Source: a virus (Duplodnaviria > Caudoviricetes). From it: a stretch of DNA of 60,065 nt. Below are positions 16,193 through 26,001 of this stretch, in pieces (position 1 is the first letter of the stretch; each line of letters starts with the position of its first letter). A model generated the notes under the pieces. It was not told the origin of the DNA and did no database searches. It saw only the letters and a list, made by a program, of their open reading frames with translations. Location of the stretch: the IMG/VR virus record IMGVR_UViG_3300033109_000118, positions 1-60,065 of that record. One strand, 5' to 3'. A program made the position numbers and the translations under genes.

Positions 16193-17061
16193 GAAACCCT
16201 CTTGATGTAGTAGAGCGCGTAGAACGGCGGCAGATTCGCGTTGGTAGCCGACGTGCCTGCCGATGATGTTGTTCCGTCGTAGCCGTGTCGGTGGTACGCA
16301 CTCTCAGACCCAACTGAAACTGTAATTCCAGTTGTAGCGCTCGAAGTGTTGTCCGTTGTGTTTCTTCGCAGCCCGCCGCTGATGCTGACGTCACCGCCGT
16401 CTCCGCTCACAATGTTGTAGCTATGCAAATGTCCTGGGTCGTTTACCGTGGCGGCGTGGTTATGCAACGCATCTTCAATGCCTGTCGTTCCAGAAAAGCC
16501 GTGGTTATGGGTTGGCAGGGTGGCATCAGCCGATCCACCAGTAGTTCCCAATGGTCTTGTTGCACTGACGCCGGGAACGAACTTGTCTCGCAGATCAGGC
16601 GTGCCGTTCGTGCCATCGCAGACCTTGAAGTTGGATGGCAAGTCGGCCAGTAGACCGTCATACATGATGACGCCGCCGACGGGGACCATGAACTTCAGGT
16701 AGCTGGCTACGATAGCCGGCGTAGCAAGGGCAGCCTCGATGTCGGCGGCAGTGATGCGCAGCTCCATCACGGAACCGGCAGCAAATGCGATGGCAGTTGT
16801 CCCTTCTTGAGCCCGAATCACATTGCTGAGAACGCCGCTTGCCAATGCACGGGTTCTGACATAGACGACTTCGATCTCGCCGGCCGTGTTCTCAATCGAG
16901 GCTTTGAACCAGTCTTTGCCAGCCGTGTTGACGGCATCGGTTCCGGTATTCGCCACCGGAAACTTGTCGGCATTCGAGGACTCGATTGTGATCGTCGTGT
17001 CGGACGTCAGAATCGGTGACGTCAGCAAGGCTCTGGCGTCGTCTTTGAAGAGTTGTGTCAT
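16189..17061 (-). CDS. Tail fibre protein with collar domain
   Basis: VPVGGVIMY..VCDGTNGTPDLRDKF collar, HxH repeats, NLPPFYALYYIKR C-terminus. Confidence 0.85.
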   Translation of the reverse strand: MTQLFKDDARALLTSPILTSDTTITIESSNADKFPVANTGTDAVNTAGKDWFKASIENTAGEIEVVYVRTRALASGVLSNVIRAQEGTTAIAFAAGSVMELRITAADIEAALATPAIVASYLKFMVPVGGVIMYDGLLADLPSNFKVCDGTNGTPDLRDKFVPGVSATRPLGTTGGSADATLPTHNHGFSGTTGIEDALHNHAATVNDPGHLHSYNIVSGDGGDVSISGGLRRNTTDNTSSATTGITVSVGSESAYHRHGYDGTTSSAGTSATNANLPPFYALYYIKRVS

Positions 17062-17076
17062 TGTCGTTACCCCATG

Positions 17077-17100
17077 AAAAAACCCGCGCGAGGCGGGTTT
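17077..17100 (-). terminator. Intrinsic terminator
   Basis: Minus strand AAACCCGC-CTCGC-GCGGGTTTTTT. Confidence 0.75.
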
Positions 17101-17124
17101 CTTGGTGATCGATTCAGTTGGCTG

Positions 17125-17475
17125 TCAGTGGCTCAGCACTGACTTGATATGACGCCCGGTAGGGCTGGCGCGATTGATCTTCTCGGCGAGTTGGAAGTAC
17201 AAGAGGTAGTCTGGGTGCCTTGAATTGCTGGGGTGTGCCAGGTATTCCAGCGTCTGGCTGATCGTCCATGCGTTGCGCCGTGGCCAACCCGCTACCAAGG
17301 CCCACGTCGTATGTGCGGCCACGACGTCAATGATCCAGGCGATGACGGTCAGCCAAAGCCATTTCCATGTCTTGCCGTCTTCGAATGCCAGCGCCGGCTT
17401 GAGAATCAGCAGAAGGACATCAACACGACAGATCAGCATTGCCGTCAGTACTACCAAGGCAATGCAGGTGTCCAT
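17125..17475 (-). CDS. Hypothetical membrane protein
   Basis: 116 aa with two hydrophobic segments; coupled to the upstream gene. Confidence 0.6.
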   Translation of the reverse strand: MDTCIALVVLTAMLICRVDVLLLILKPALAFEDGKTWKWLWLTVIAWIIDVVAAHTTWALVAGWPRRNAWTISQTLEYLAHPSNSRHPDYLLYFQLAEKINRASPTGRHIKSVLSH

Positions 17476-17975
17476 CAGATGACTCCGTTGAATGCGGTTC
17501 TGACGTTTTCAGGCGTGATCTGAACGATGGCGCTCCACGCATTGAGGAAGCAGCCTTCGACATCGGCTTTGGTCTGGCATCCCGACAGGTCGATATCAGT
17601 CAGATTGCGCAATGCCAACTGCACAGGAATGATGCCGGAAGCCGTGCTGCAGTAGGAATCCGCTTCGGCCTTGGCCGCATCGCGTTCGCCTTGGGTGAGC
17701 GCCGGGTCTGTCGATCGCCTCAAGGCATCCAGTCCTTTGGCGCTTGCCTCAGATTGCAATCCGGCCAGCGCCGCGAATACGATGCGGCGTAGCTGCTTCA
17801 CCTTTTCGATCGATTTGCACTTTATTGGCTCGATGTCGGGCAAATCGGCTGGCTGTGGTATCCCACCACCGGCTACAAAAGCCAGATAGTCCTGATATTC
17901 AGGCGTATCGACACCGATGACGGAACCATCCGACAAGCGAATGACGGGTTCCTTTTCGAAAATCAGTTTGTACAT
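17475..17975 (-). CDS. Putative tail fibre assembly protein
   Basis: VIRLSDG..YQDYLAFV..GG.P.PA pattern, directly after a fibre gene. Confidence 0.6.
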   Translation of the reverse strand: MYKLIFEKEPVIRLSDGSVIGVDTPEYQDYLAFVAGGGIPQPADLPDIEPIKCKSIEKVKQLRRIVFAALAGLQSEASAKGLDALRRSTDPALTQGERDAAKAEADSYCSTASGIIPVQLALRNLTDIDLSGCQTKADVEGCFLNAWSAIVQITPENVRTAFNGVI

Positions 17976-17983
17976 TTCACACC

Positions 17984-19042
17984 CTACGAATTGGCGTTGA
18001 GTCTGCCGATCTGGTACCAGTAGGCGGAGGTAATCTTCAGCAGAATGATGGCATCGTGCATGCCAAGTGCCTGGTCTGCGCCGCCGTCGAGATAGGCATT
18101 ACTGCGGTTGACGGTCAATGTGCCTGTGCCCTGCTGCACGACGACAACGATTTGTCCCGTCTTGGCCCCGGTGAAGTTCGTGATCGTGAAGCTGCCGTTG
18201 TTGGTATTCGTGTAGACGCCGATCGGGAAGGCATTGAGTCCGGCAACGGATGGCGTCGTGCTACCCGAACTGTCTGAAATGATATTGATGCCGTCGACAC
18301 CAGCCAGGGCAATGGAGGCAGATAACGCCGCAAGTGAGTTACCCCGCAAGCTAGTGACGTTGGCAATACTGGTCAGGTCAGTATTGGCTCCAGAGGTTGC
18401 GAATATCGACGCCAACGCCGTCTTGATGTTGGCCCAGGTAGTCTTTTTAAGTGCAAACGACGCCTCGCTGTCGACAAGAGGGAATTCATCGGCATCGACG
18501 GGCGTGGTCTTGGCGGTAGCGGCGTGGGTGTCCGGCGCCACATTGCCGGCGGATGCCTTGCCGGCCAGTGCAGTGGCCGTAGCCGAGCTGACTGGCTTAT
18601 CGGCATCGCTGGTGTTGTCGACGTTCCCAAGTCCTACCTGCGCCTTGGTGACGCCATGCGGATTGCTGCTGTTGCCGATATGACCGCTTAGTGTCGTCAG
18701 GTTGTCGCTGATCTGCTTCTGCAGCTTGCCGAAGGCCGAGAGAACGCTGTCAGCAGCCGTGATGACGGCATTGGTAGCCGTGGACAATCCCGCCAGGACA
18801 GCGCCCAACACGGCACCGGCTGCTGCCGCCGCTGATGCCGCGGCACTGGTGGCGGCGAGCTGGGCTTCATCCCTGAGCACCACCATTTCGGGGTTGACGT
18901 CTCCTACCGGTCCCTGTGGGCCCTGGGCTTCAACGACAACGACAGGGTGGCTTGGGTCTACGACAACAACAACGTCGGCCGGCGCGGTTTCCTGGACGAC
19001 GACGATGCCGTCTGCGCTGACGACGACGACTTCATCGCTCAC
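17984..19042 (-). CDS. Second tail fibre/spike-like protein
   Basis: GPQGPVG, DSVLSAFGKLQKQI and NPHGVTKAQVGLGNVDNTSDADKPVS fibre motifs. Confidence 0.75.
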   Translation of the reverse strand: MSDEVVVVSADGIVVVQETAPADVVVVVDPSHPVVVVEAQGPQGPVGDVNPEMVVLRDEAQLAATSAAASAAAAAGAVLGAVLAGLSTATNAVITAADSVLSAFGKLQKQISDNLTTLSGHIGNSSNPHGVTKAQVGLGNVDNTSDADKPVSSATATALAGKASAGNVAPDTHAATAKTTPVDADEFPLVDSEASFALKKTTWANIKTALASIFATSGANTDLTSIANVTSLRGNSLAALSASIALAGVDGINIISDSSGSTTPSVAGLNAFPIGVYTNTNNGSFTITNFTGAKTGQIVVVVQQGTGTLTVNRSNAYLDGGADQALGMHDAIILLKITSAYWYQIGRLNANS

Positions 19043-19401
19043 CGCGTTACCTCGGGTACGAGTTCGACGTCACCAGAGAGCAGGCGCGTCACGGTACCGT
19101 CTGCGCTGATCAGCTCGATGTCGTAGACACCACGCTTCCACGTCATGGCGGCCATGGCGGCGGCTGTGGCCTTGATGTCGACGGTTCCCGCGCTGCCACC
19201 GAGCACGATGCCACCGTTCTCGGTGGTCAGGTCCATCAGCTTCACGGCTGACGATACGCTTTGTCGGACCTGCATGCGGGCCGTGTAGCCGGTCAGGTTG
19301 ATGACGACACCGTTGGAGTCCTTCCAGATCAGGCGACGGTTTAATGTTGCGCCCTGTTCGAAGGCGTAGTCACCGGTGAAGTCGTGGATTGGTGCTGTCA
19401 T
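19039..19401 (-). CDS. Beta-sandwich virion protein (fibre adaptor-like)
   Basis: QGAT..NLTGYTARMQVR..GVYDIEL..RLLSG pattern. Confidence 0.7.
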   Translation of the reverse strand: MTAPIHDFTGDYAFEQGATLNRRLIWKDSNGVVINLTGYTARMQVRQSVSSAVKLMDLTTENGGIVLGGSAGTVDIKATAAAMAAMTWKRGVYDIELISADGTVTRLLSGDVELVPEVTR

Positions 19402-19440
19402 GCAAGGCCTCTATTCAGTTTGTGGCGGCCAGATGGCGAC

Positions 19441-20085
19441 TCAGCCCCAGCTCTTCACGCGCAGGATCTGGCGGGTGTTGCCGCGCTGGGTCTGGCATGC
19501 CCAGAAATTCAGTTCTTGATTCCACTTGCCCTGATAGAACACGGCGAGCTCACGATCCGTCCACGGCTTTTTGGACATCAGCATGAGGCGTGACAGCACG
19601 CCGGCGCGGATGGCCTCAATGGCTTCGCTCAGCAGGAAATCGGGTAGCCGGCGTGCTGATGCCGATGGCTTCAAGGCACCGACGACTTTCAGGCCGGCTG
19701 CCACAGCGGCCGACGGAATCTCGTCGGCGGCCAGCATGATCTGCAGGTTGTCTACTGATACCGAAAACGGTGGTGACTCGCGCTTGTAGGCAGGCGTCGT
19801 CGTATCCTCGCCTGGCCGGTTTTCGTCGGCGTCACGCCACAACAGTGTGCCGTTGACCGTCAGCTTGGTCAGACGCACGACATCGCTTTCGGACTCCGAA
19901 GGGATCAGGTCATAGGTGGCCACGCCAGCCGCGGTGTCGACGTCATCAAAAGGCAGGCGCCAGGCCGATGTCCGGTGACAGAACTCCCGGGCCACGCTGC
20001 GCAGGTGGTGATCCAGCAGCTCCGTGGTGCAGCCTGGAAGCTCCGGCAGCAGGTGGTCGTAGAAGTCGGCGAGTGGCTTGCTCAT
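19441..20085 (-). CDS. Head-tail adaptor / tail tubular protein A-like
   Basis: 214 aa, LPGC..AREFC..W motif, position after the capsid genes. Confidence 0.65.
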   Translation of the reverse strand: MSKPLADFYDHLLPELPGCTTELLDHHLRSVAREFCHRTSAWRLPFDDVDTAAGVATYDLIPSESESDVVRLTKLTVNGTLLWRDADENRPGEDTTTPAYKRESPPFSVSVDNLQIMLAADEIPSAAVAAGLKVVGALKPSASARRLPDFLLSEAIEAIRAGVLSRLMLMSKKPWTDRELAVFYQGKWNQELNFWACQTQRGNTRQILRVKSWG

Positions 20086-20408
20086 GTCAGGTATCCGATG
20101 GACAGCTTGGCCATGAATTCAGCCCGGGCGCTGACGACGTGTTCGTCATCCTTGGTCTCACAGCGCGCAATGACGTAATCCACGATTGGCCGGAAGAACT
20201 GATCGTTGACGGGCAGCACGGAAGTCGGTGCCAGCGTTCCTATGGCTGTCGAGAACTTGCCAATGAACAGGTCGGGACGCACGTTCCTGATCATGTTCAG
20301 GGCGTCCACCACGAAGCCGATCTTCTCGGCCTCGGGGTAGCGCGTCTGATCGGCGTCGTTGAGCGTCGGGATGGCCGACGTCATGACCTCTGCGACTGTC
20401 CGTGCCAT
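20082..20408 (-). CDS. Putative head completion protein
   Basis: 108 aa, LND..RY..IRNVRPDLF pattern, operon position. Confidence 0.6.
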   Translation of the reverse strand: MARTVAEVMTSAIPTLNDADQTRYPEAEKIGFVVDALNMIRNVRPDLFIGKFSTAIGTLAPTSVLPVNDQFFRPIVDYVIARCETKDDEHVVSARAEFMAKLSIGYLT

Positions 20409-20411
20409 GGC

Positions 20412-20777
20412 TTATTTCGGCAAGGCGGCCATGACCTTGGCGCGCAGGTTCTTTCCCTTGAGCACGCCGATGCCGATGATCTTCAGTCCCTTGGCCTTGG
20501 CGAAGGCGCGCACGGCGGCGTCATCCATGCCGGTCAGCGGGTCGGTCTTGCTGGCCCCAACTTCGGCACCTGGCGTCAGCGTGACGACGGCGTCTGTGGT
20601 CCGGCCTTTGGCGGCAGTCTTCTCGGCCACGGCTTCGAAGGCGTCGGGGTGACGCAGCAGCACCTTGGCGTGCTCATCCTTGACTTCGTTTTCATCGCCG
20701 GGAAACCATACGATTCCAGTCAGCTTGGTGAACGTGGTATGACCTTGTTCTTTCTTGCCGATGTACTTGAGTTTCAT
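20412..20777 (-). CDS. Hypothetical virion-associated protein
   Basis: Start MKLKYIG at 20777 preceded by GGAG; 121 aa. Confidence 0.65.
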   Translation of the reverse strand: MKLKYIGKKEQGHTTFTKLTGIVWFPGDENEVKDEHAKVLLRHPDAFEAVAEKTAAKGRTTDAVVTLTPGAEVGASKTDPLTGMDDAAVRAFAKAKGLKIIGIGVLKGKNLRAKVMAALPK

Positions 20778-20854
20778 GGGTAACTCCGAAAGACAGGGGC
20801 CGATCCAACATGCAGACCGGCCCCTTTCAATAGCCGCGAACAGCGCGGCAGCTG

Positions 20855-21298
20855 TTACTTGACGCCTTCGGCAGCCCCAACGGCGATCATGCCAATGTCG
20901 CCAGCCGCAAAGGTGGCGGAATCGGTCCCGATCGTCAGGGTCACATAGACATCCTCTTCGAACTTGATAGGCTTGAACGAGCAATGCAGCGTGCCGCCAG
21001 TCTGTCCGATAGTCTGGCCAGCAGCAGCGAAGTACGTTGCATTTGCAGCCAGTGACGAGCCGGAATCCACTGGGCGATAGCCGACACTGAACACAAGCTC
21101 CGGGGAGACGTTCGTGTCGAGGTCATCACTGCGGATATCCAGCATGCCCAGGCGCAGGCCACCGGGCAAGCGGAAGTTGATGACATCAGCAGCTGCCGGA
21201 TTGGCGGCCAGCGAGATACTGTCATCGATGATGACGGCGCAGCCGTCGACGGGCATGATTTGAGGCGCTTTTGCCTTCTTGCCATAGAGATTTGCCAT
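20855..21298 (-). CDS. Capsid decoration/cement protein
   Basis: 147 aa, beta-rich, directly after the major capsid gene; AGGAG RBS. Confidence 0.7.
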   Translation of the reverse strand: MANLYGKKAKAPQIMPVDGCAVIIDDSISLAANPAAADVINFRLPGGLRLGMLDIRSDDLDTNVSPELVFSVGYRPVDSGSSLAANATYFAAAGQTIGQTGGTLHCSFKPIKFEEDVYVTLTIGTDSATFAAGDIGMIAVGAAEGVK

Positions 21299-21348
21299 GT
21301 TTGGCTCCTTGAAAGTTGAACACGAAGAGCGACACGGGTGCCGCTGGG

Positions 21349-21370
21349 TGACGGGGCCGAAGCCCCGTCA
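21349..21370 (-). other. Stable C(UUCG)G hairpin after the capsid gene
   Basis: TGACGGGGC-TTCG-GCCCCGTCA, 9-bp perfect stem, no U tail. Confidence 0.75.
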
Positions 21371-21378
21371 GGCATCAC

Positions 21379-22680
21379 TTAGACGCTGCGTTTCTTGACC
21401 ACGCTGTCGATCACGGCCACGCCGAAGTCGGTGACTTCGTTGTCGCCGTCCGCATTGGGCAGGGCCCAGCGCAGCTTTTCCTCGACACCCATGATTTCGC
21501 CGGCCAGTTCGAGGTTGCGATCGAAGTTGGTTTTGGCTTCCAGCAGCGAGTAGGTTTCCTCGCTGGTCTGGTTGCCACCGGACACCAGGGCCAGGGCCTG
21601 CGCGCTCAGGAAAATCGAGCGTGCAACCTGGTGAGTCGTCGACAGGCCAGCGGCCACGGTCACGTTGGTTTCCGTTGCAGCCAGGCGGTTGGCGGCCGTC
21701 ACGTGTGCCACGGCGTCGCTGGCGTCGAAGCGGATGGCGTAGTTCATCTTGCGCACCAGCACACCGTTCCAGAGGATCGGCGAGCCGCTGAACAGAGGGT
21801 GGCGGTTCAGATCACCGTAGCGGGCGCGCTGAATCGCGTTCTGCTCGAACGTGCGGATGTTGTTGCCAGCCGTCGTGTCGGTCACGATGGAGTCCCACAC
21901 CAGCGGATCTACCAGCAGGATGCCTTTGATGGGGTCATCGCCAGCTGCCGGGTCGCCCGGGATCTGGATCGGAGCCATCTTGATGGTCATCTCGTCCCAG
22001 ATCGCGGCGAGCTCGTCGATGTGCGACAGCTTCATGCCGTCTGCGGTGTCGACGCTGGCCAGCTGAGCGCCGCCCTGTACCAGGCCGGTACCGTCAACGA
22101 CCCAGTGCCGGTTGTAGGTCGGCGCTTTGATCGCGTTGACCATCATGTCGGCGAACTCGGGATCGGTTGCCAGAGGCAAAACCCAATCGGTGCCGTCCTG
22201 CTTGCCGCGCGCACCAGCCAGCAGGGTCAAGGCACGCTGCCAGCGAAACGCCGGGATGGCGCGCTTCAACTGCGCCAGGGCATTCAGACGCATGCTGTGG
22301 GGCGTGCGCTGCTGGGTCATCTTGCCGCCGGCAGAAACCGGAAGCGTGGCCATGTCCAGCGTGATGTCCTTGGAGCTGTACTTGAGCGCAGCACCCAGGC
22401 CCTCGGCGTTCTTGTCGCCCATGACGGGACGCAGCTTGACGACGTGTGCGCAGTCGACCTGCACGATGTCGCCGGGACCCTTGGCGAGTTCATCGACACG
22501 GACCACCGGCATTTCGGTCGTGGTTTGCTGCTTGAGCTTGCGCATCGCGGCGTCATGCGTGGGCATGGGACCGGTCAGCGCCTGGATCGGCGTGGGCTGG
22601 CGCACGGCCATTGCCGAGAGCGCGCGGGAGAATTGTTTGTTTGCCAGGGCAGCGCCCTTGGGCACGGAAGTTTGAGACAT
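21379..22680 (-). CDS. Major capsid protein (N4-gp56/DUF4043-like)
   Basis: 433 aa; ELAKGPGD..GGKMTQQRT..HPLFSG..DFGVAVID motifs; follows the scaffold gene. Confidence 0.85.
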   Translation of the reverse strand: MSQTSVPKGAALANKQFSRALSAMAVRQPTPIQALTGPMPTHDAAMRKLKQQTTTEMPVVRVDELAKGPGDIVQVDCAHVVKLRPVMGDKNAEGLGAALKYSSKDITLDMATLPVSAGGKMTQQRTPHSMRLNALAQLKRAIPAFRWQRALTLLAGARGKQDGTDWVLPLATDPEFADMMVNAIKAPTYNRHWVVDGTGLVQGGAQLASVDTADGMKLSHIDELAAIWDEMTIKMAPIQIPGDPAAGDDPIKGILLVDPLVWDSIVTDTTAGNNIRTFEQNAIQRARYGDLNRHPLFSGSPILWNGVLVRKMNYAIRFDASDAVAHVTAANRLAATETNVTVAAGLSTTHQVARSIFLSAQALALVSGGNQTSEETYSLLEAKTNFDRNLELAGEIMGVEEKLRWALPNADGDNEVTDFGVAVIDSVVKKRSV

Positions 22681-22709
22681 TGAGAACTCCTATAAAAGAA
22701 GTACCGCGC

Positions 22710-23666
22710 TCAATCACCCATAGGCAACGAAGCCATGACGGCCTCGTCACTCATGTTTTCGTAGTTGAGCGACGGCGAACTTGCGGGAGCCCCACCACGG
22801 AAGTCGCTGATGCCTTTGGGGCCAGAGGCCTGGGCTTCGGCGAGCGCCACGTTGGGGTCGACGGGTGTTTTGGCTGCAGGCGCTTGGCCTGCGGAAGGAG
22901 TGGGCACAGCGGCCGACATGCCAAACTTCTCGCGCGTGCGACGCGCGGCTTCTGCGAAGCGTTCGACAGCGGGTTTGTCTTTCCAGTCGGGGTCGACGGT
23001 GAGCGCCTTGTCGTACTCGATGGCGCGCTGAAACTTGTCCTGCGCGTTGCGGTCGTGTTGCCACGCCAGCAGATCGGGCACGTCGTCAATCACCATCTGT
23101 ACGGCTGGCGCGTACTCCAGAGGCTGGAATTCGTCTTGCTCAGTCGTCGACTTGGATTGCGCCGTGAGTTCTTGAAGTCTGCGTTCCAGAGCCTGCTGAT
23201 TGCGGATTGCCTTGGCCATGGCCGGGAAGTCGGCTTCGAGCTGAGCCAGTTCTTCCTCGCTGACACTGGTGTCAGTTGGGAGATCACCGGACTTGAGTTG
23301 CTCGATCGTCCTGTTGGCTTCTGCCAGTTCATCACGCAGCCGCTTTTCTGACTGGCGCGCGGCGCGCAACGCTGCACGGGTGTCGCCTTGCGGCTTTTCC
23401 TGCACAGGTGCTGCCGTCTGCGCCGGTTTATCGGCTTCCGTGCCAGGTTTGGCATCCGCTGCGCCTTCGCCGGGTTTGGCTTCGGTGTTCGCTGCGGCAG
23501 GCGCGGCTGGTTCGGATCCAACTGGGGCGGCTTCCGGTTTGGCTTCACCCGGCTGCCCGTCATGGGCGTCATTCACGGGATCGCCGTCTTCCGGCTTGAG
23601 AACAGACAGGATCTGCTGCTCTTCGGCATCGAATGCCGGATGGCTGGATTGCTCAGACTTGCTCAC
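22710..23666 (-). CDS. Scaffolding protein
   Basis: Acidic, Pro/Ala-rich with coiled coil; between portal and capsid; AAGGAG RBS. Confidence 0.75.
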   Translation of the reverse strand: MSKSEQSSHPAFDAEEQQILSVLKPEDGDPVNDAHDGQPGEAKPEAAPVGSEPAAPAAANTEAKPGEGAADAKPGTEADKPAQTAAPVQEKPQGDTRAALRAARQSEKRLRDELAEANRTIEQLKSGDLPTDTSVSEEELAQLEADFPAMAKAIRNQQALERRLQELTAQSKSTTEQDEFQPLEYAPAVQMVIDDVPDLLAWQHDRNAQDKFQRAIEYDKALTVDPDWKDKPAVERFAEAARRTREKFGMSAAVPTPSAGQAPAAKTPVDPNVALAEAQASGPKGISDFRGGAPASSPSLNYENMSDEAVMASLPMGD

Positions 23667-23813
23667 GTTTCACTCCTTGCTGTTTACGGTCAGTCACCGC
23701 GGCCAAAGGCCTCCGTCCTGGGGTTCACACCGGCGTCGTGGACGACTCGCTGCCAGTGGCTGCCACTGCGTACACACCCGCGTGCGTGGCTCACGCGCGG
23801 GCGGCTCGGAAAC

Positions 23814-23837
23814 AAAAAACCCGCCTGGTGGCGGGTT
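23814..23837 (-). terminator. Intrinsic terminator after portal
   Basis: Minus strand AACCCGCC-ACCA-GGCGGGTTTTTT. Confidence 0.75.
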
Positions 23838-23859
23838 CTTGAAGTTGGTTTTGCTTCGG

Positions 23860-26001
23860 TCAGATGGCTGGAGATGGATCTGCTTCGGCGAGCGCTTCGG
23901 CAATCACGTCGTCTTCGTTGACACCGTTATCGGCTCGCGCAAACTTCTCGGCGGCCTCGGCTTGCGGGACTCCGGCCTGGATCCGACTCTCGATCAGTTG
24001 TGCTGCCGCCGTGGATTGGCGAGCGCTGGCACGGTTGCGTTCAGCCGTCGAGACGTGCACATCGCGCTGGGCATCTGCCAACGCCTGCTCGTTTTGCATC
24101 TTCTGGGTGACCAACTGTTCCTGCATGGCGTCGGCCTTGGCTTGGCCGGCTTTGTCGCCCGGAATGGGAAGACCCTCGGCCTTGCGCAGGCTGTCGGCAA
24201 CCTCTTGGCGGTTGTTGAGGTTGGTGCTTTCGATGTAGGCCGGCGCCAGGATGGCGGTCGCCTTCGGATTGGCGCCAAGTGACTGGATGATGGTGGCGAG
24301 TTGCTGCTGGAGTTGCTGGCGGTAGGCCGGCGTGTTCGGTGTTTCTGCCAGTGCGGTCTTGATGCTGGCGTCCTTGACCTGGTTGACTGGCATTCCGGTC
24401 TCAGCATTCCAGTCGTTGAGGACCACGATGCGCCGGGTTTTCCCGGTACCGATTGGCACGCGCATGCGCTCTTCTCTGAGGTCTTCTACGATCTCGTCGA
24501 CCAGGCACTCGAAAGCACCCCGGCGTGCGTAGACGTAGTTGTCGTTCATTTCGCCCATTGCCTGTTCACCCTGCTCGATCAGCAGGCTGTTGGCGACGCC
24601 ACTTGTGACGCCGGCTGGGCGGTTTCCGAGCTGGCTGGCGTAACGGCCGGCGGTGTCCTGGATCAGCTGCTTGCTGTCGGCGAGCACGTTGAATTGCTCT
24701 GGCTGCATCTGCAGATCGCTGCTGATCTTGATGGCTGCCTGATTCTTGTTTGCACGTTGCGGGTTGGTGATTGCCACCATGTCGGGCCGCATCACGGTGT
24801 CGGCGATGTCGGCGATGGTGTTGTAGTCCGTGTCCAGTGCGTCACTGTCCATCTGCAACTGGCGGGCCTTGAGCATCCACTGGATCCGGTGGCGGCGCTC
24901 GTTGTATTCATCCTGCGGGGCGATCATGCCGTCGATCAAGCCGTAGGGGCTGCCATCCTCGTCGTCGCGGAAGGCGAAGAACGGGATGTAGGGGAAGCGG
25001 CGCTTGGTAGTGGCCTCGTCCAGCAGGCGATGCGGTCCAGCGTACAGCGCGCGGCGGACCTGGGACGTGATTCCTTTGCTGATCTTGACCAGGCCGCGGC
25101 TGACAGCCTGCACGTGGCGCGGGTCACGTTCGTCGTATGCCACCCTCTTTGTCGGGCCAAGGTGCAGCACGGCAACAGTGGCAGGCACGCGATACCAGAC
25201 CTCGTAGAGCCTGATCATCTTGCGGGCGCTGTCAACCCATTCGTATTTGCTCACCGTCAGATTGAATCGGCGTTCGTTGTAGAAAGCCTCTCTGATCTCG
25301 ATCTGTTCAGGTTGGCCGACGTGGGCACCATCGATGTCAATGGCGTTCTCCCATCCGTTGACGCTGCGGCGCAGGATCTCCTTGAACTGCGGCATGGCGG
25401 CTTCGACCTCATCCAGGTCGACCATACGCATGCGGACCAGCCAGCGGCAGCCGTCCAGCATCGTCGGGCCACGCTGACCGCGCCAGTCCCACCAGATTTC
25501 GTCGATCGGAACGGCCTCGAAGCGATAGGGATATGCCAGCGGGTCGCTGTTGCGGCCGACGTGCACCCAGCCAAGGCCTTTCTTGACCATGGACGCATAG
25601 CCTTCGCTGACGGCCATATGGGCGCAAGTCTCACGTTCGGCTTCCTTGAGCTTGGCGCTAGCCACTTCTGCTACATCGGCGTGGTCATCGTCATCGGCTT
25701 CCACGCGCACATCGGTGCGGCTCTTAGCCTCCTGACCCAGGACGGAATTGATGACAGGCCGGATCAGGTTGATGGCGCGCTCTTCCAGATCCTCTTGGCG
25801 CAGCCTCCACCGCTGCAGTTCGGTCAGCTGCTTGCCGTCGTAGTAGGCGGCGCACAGCTTGGCGCGTAGCCTCCACTCAGGCTGTTCTGCGCAGTCGCGC
25901 AGCATGCGCTCAAGGGCGTAGAGACTGAACGCGCCAGCACCGGCGAAGTCGCGGCCAGCACCAGCCTCTCGATCGTCATATTGCGGGGTTGGTTTGTTCA
26001 T
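23860..26001 (-). CDS. Portal protein (P22-like)
   Basis: 713 aa; YYDGKQ, NLIRPVINSVLG, FPYIPF, PYGLI..PQDEYN motifs; Gln-rich barrel. Confidence 0.9.
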   Translation of the reverse strand: MNKPTPQYDDREAGAGRDFAGAGAFSLYALERMLRDCAEQPEWRLRAKLCAAYYDGKQLTELQRWRLRQEDLEERAINLIRPVINSVLGQEAKSRTDVRVEADDDDHADVAEVASAKLKEAERETCAHMAVSEGYASMVKKGLGWVHVGRNSDPLAYPYRFEAVPIDEIWWDWRGQRGPTMLDGCRWLVRMRMVDLDEVEAAMPQFKEILRRSVNGWENAIDIDGAHVGQPEQIEIREAFYNERRFNLTVSKYEWVDSARKMIRLYEVWYRVPATVAVLHLGPTKRVAYDERDPRHVQAVSRGLVKISKGITSQVRRALYAGPHRLLDEATTKRRFPYIPFFAFRDDEDGSPYGLIDGMIAPQDEYNERRHRIQWMLKARQLQMDSDALDTDYNTIADIADTVMRPDMVAITNPQRANKNQAAIKISSDLQMQPEQFNVLADSKQLIQDTAGRYASQLGNRPAGVTSGVANSLLIEQGEQAMGEMNDNYVYARRGAFECLVDEIVEDLREERMRVPIGTGKTRRIVVLNDWNAETGMPVNQVKDASIKTALAETPNTPAYRQQLQQQLATIIQSLGANPKATAILAPAYIESTNLNNRQEVADSLRKAEGLPIPGDKAGQAKADAMQEQLVTQKMQNEQALADAQRDVHVSTAERNRASARQSTAAAQLIESRIQAGVPQAEAAEKFARADNGVNEDDVIAEALAEADPSPAI

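Noticed and set aside
16189-19042. Diversity-generating retroelement or invertible tail-fibre cassette
   Set aside because: No reverse transcriptase, template/variable repeat pair or invertase seen.
21631-25869. Long plus-strand ORFs (21631-22683, 23269-24282, 24301-25869) and similar ones elsewhere (10675-11994, 38659-39819, 47371-48756)
   Set aside because: Antisense shadows of well-supported genes, expected in GC-rich DNA; no motifs.
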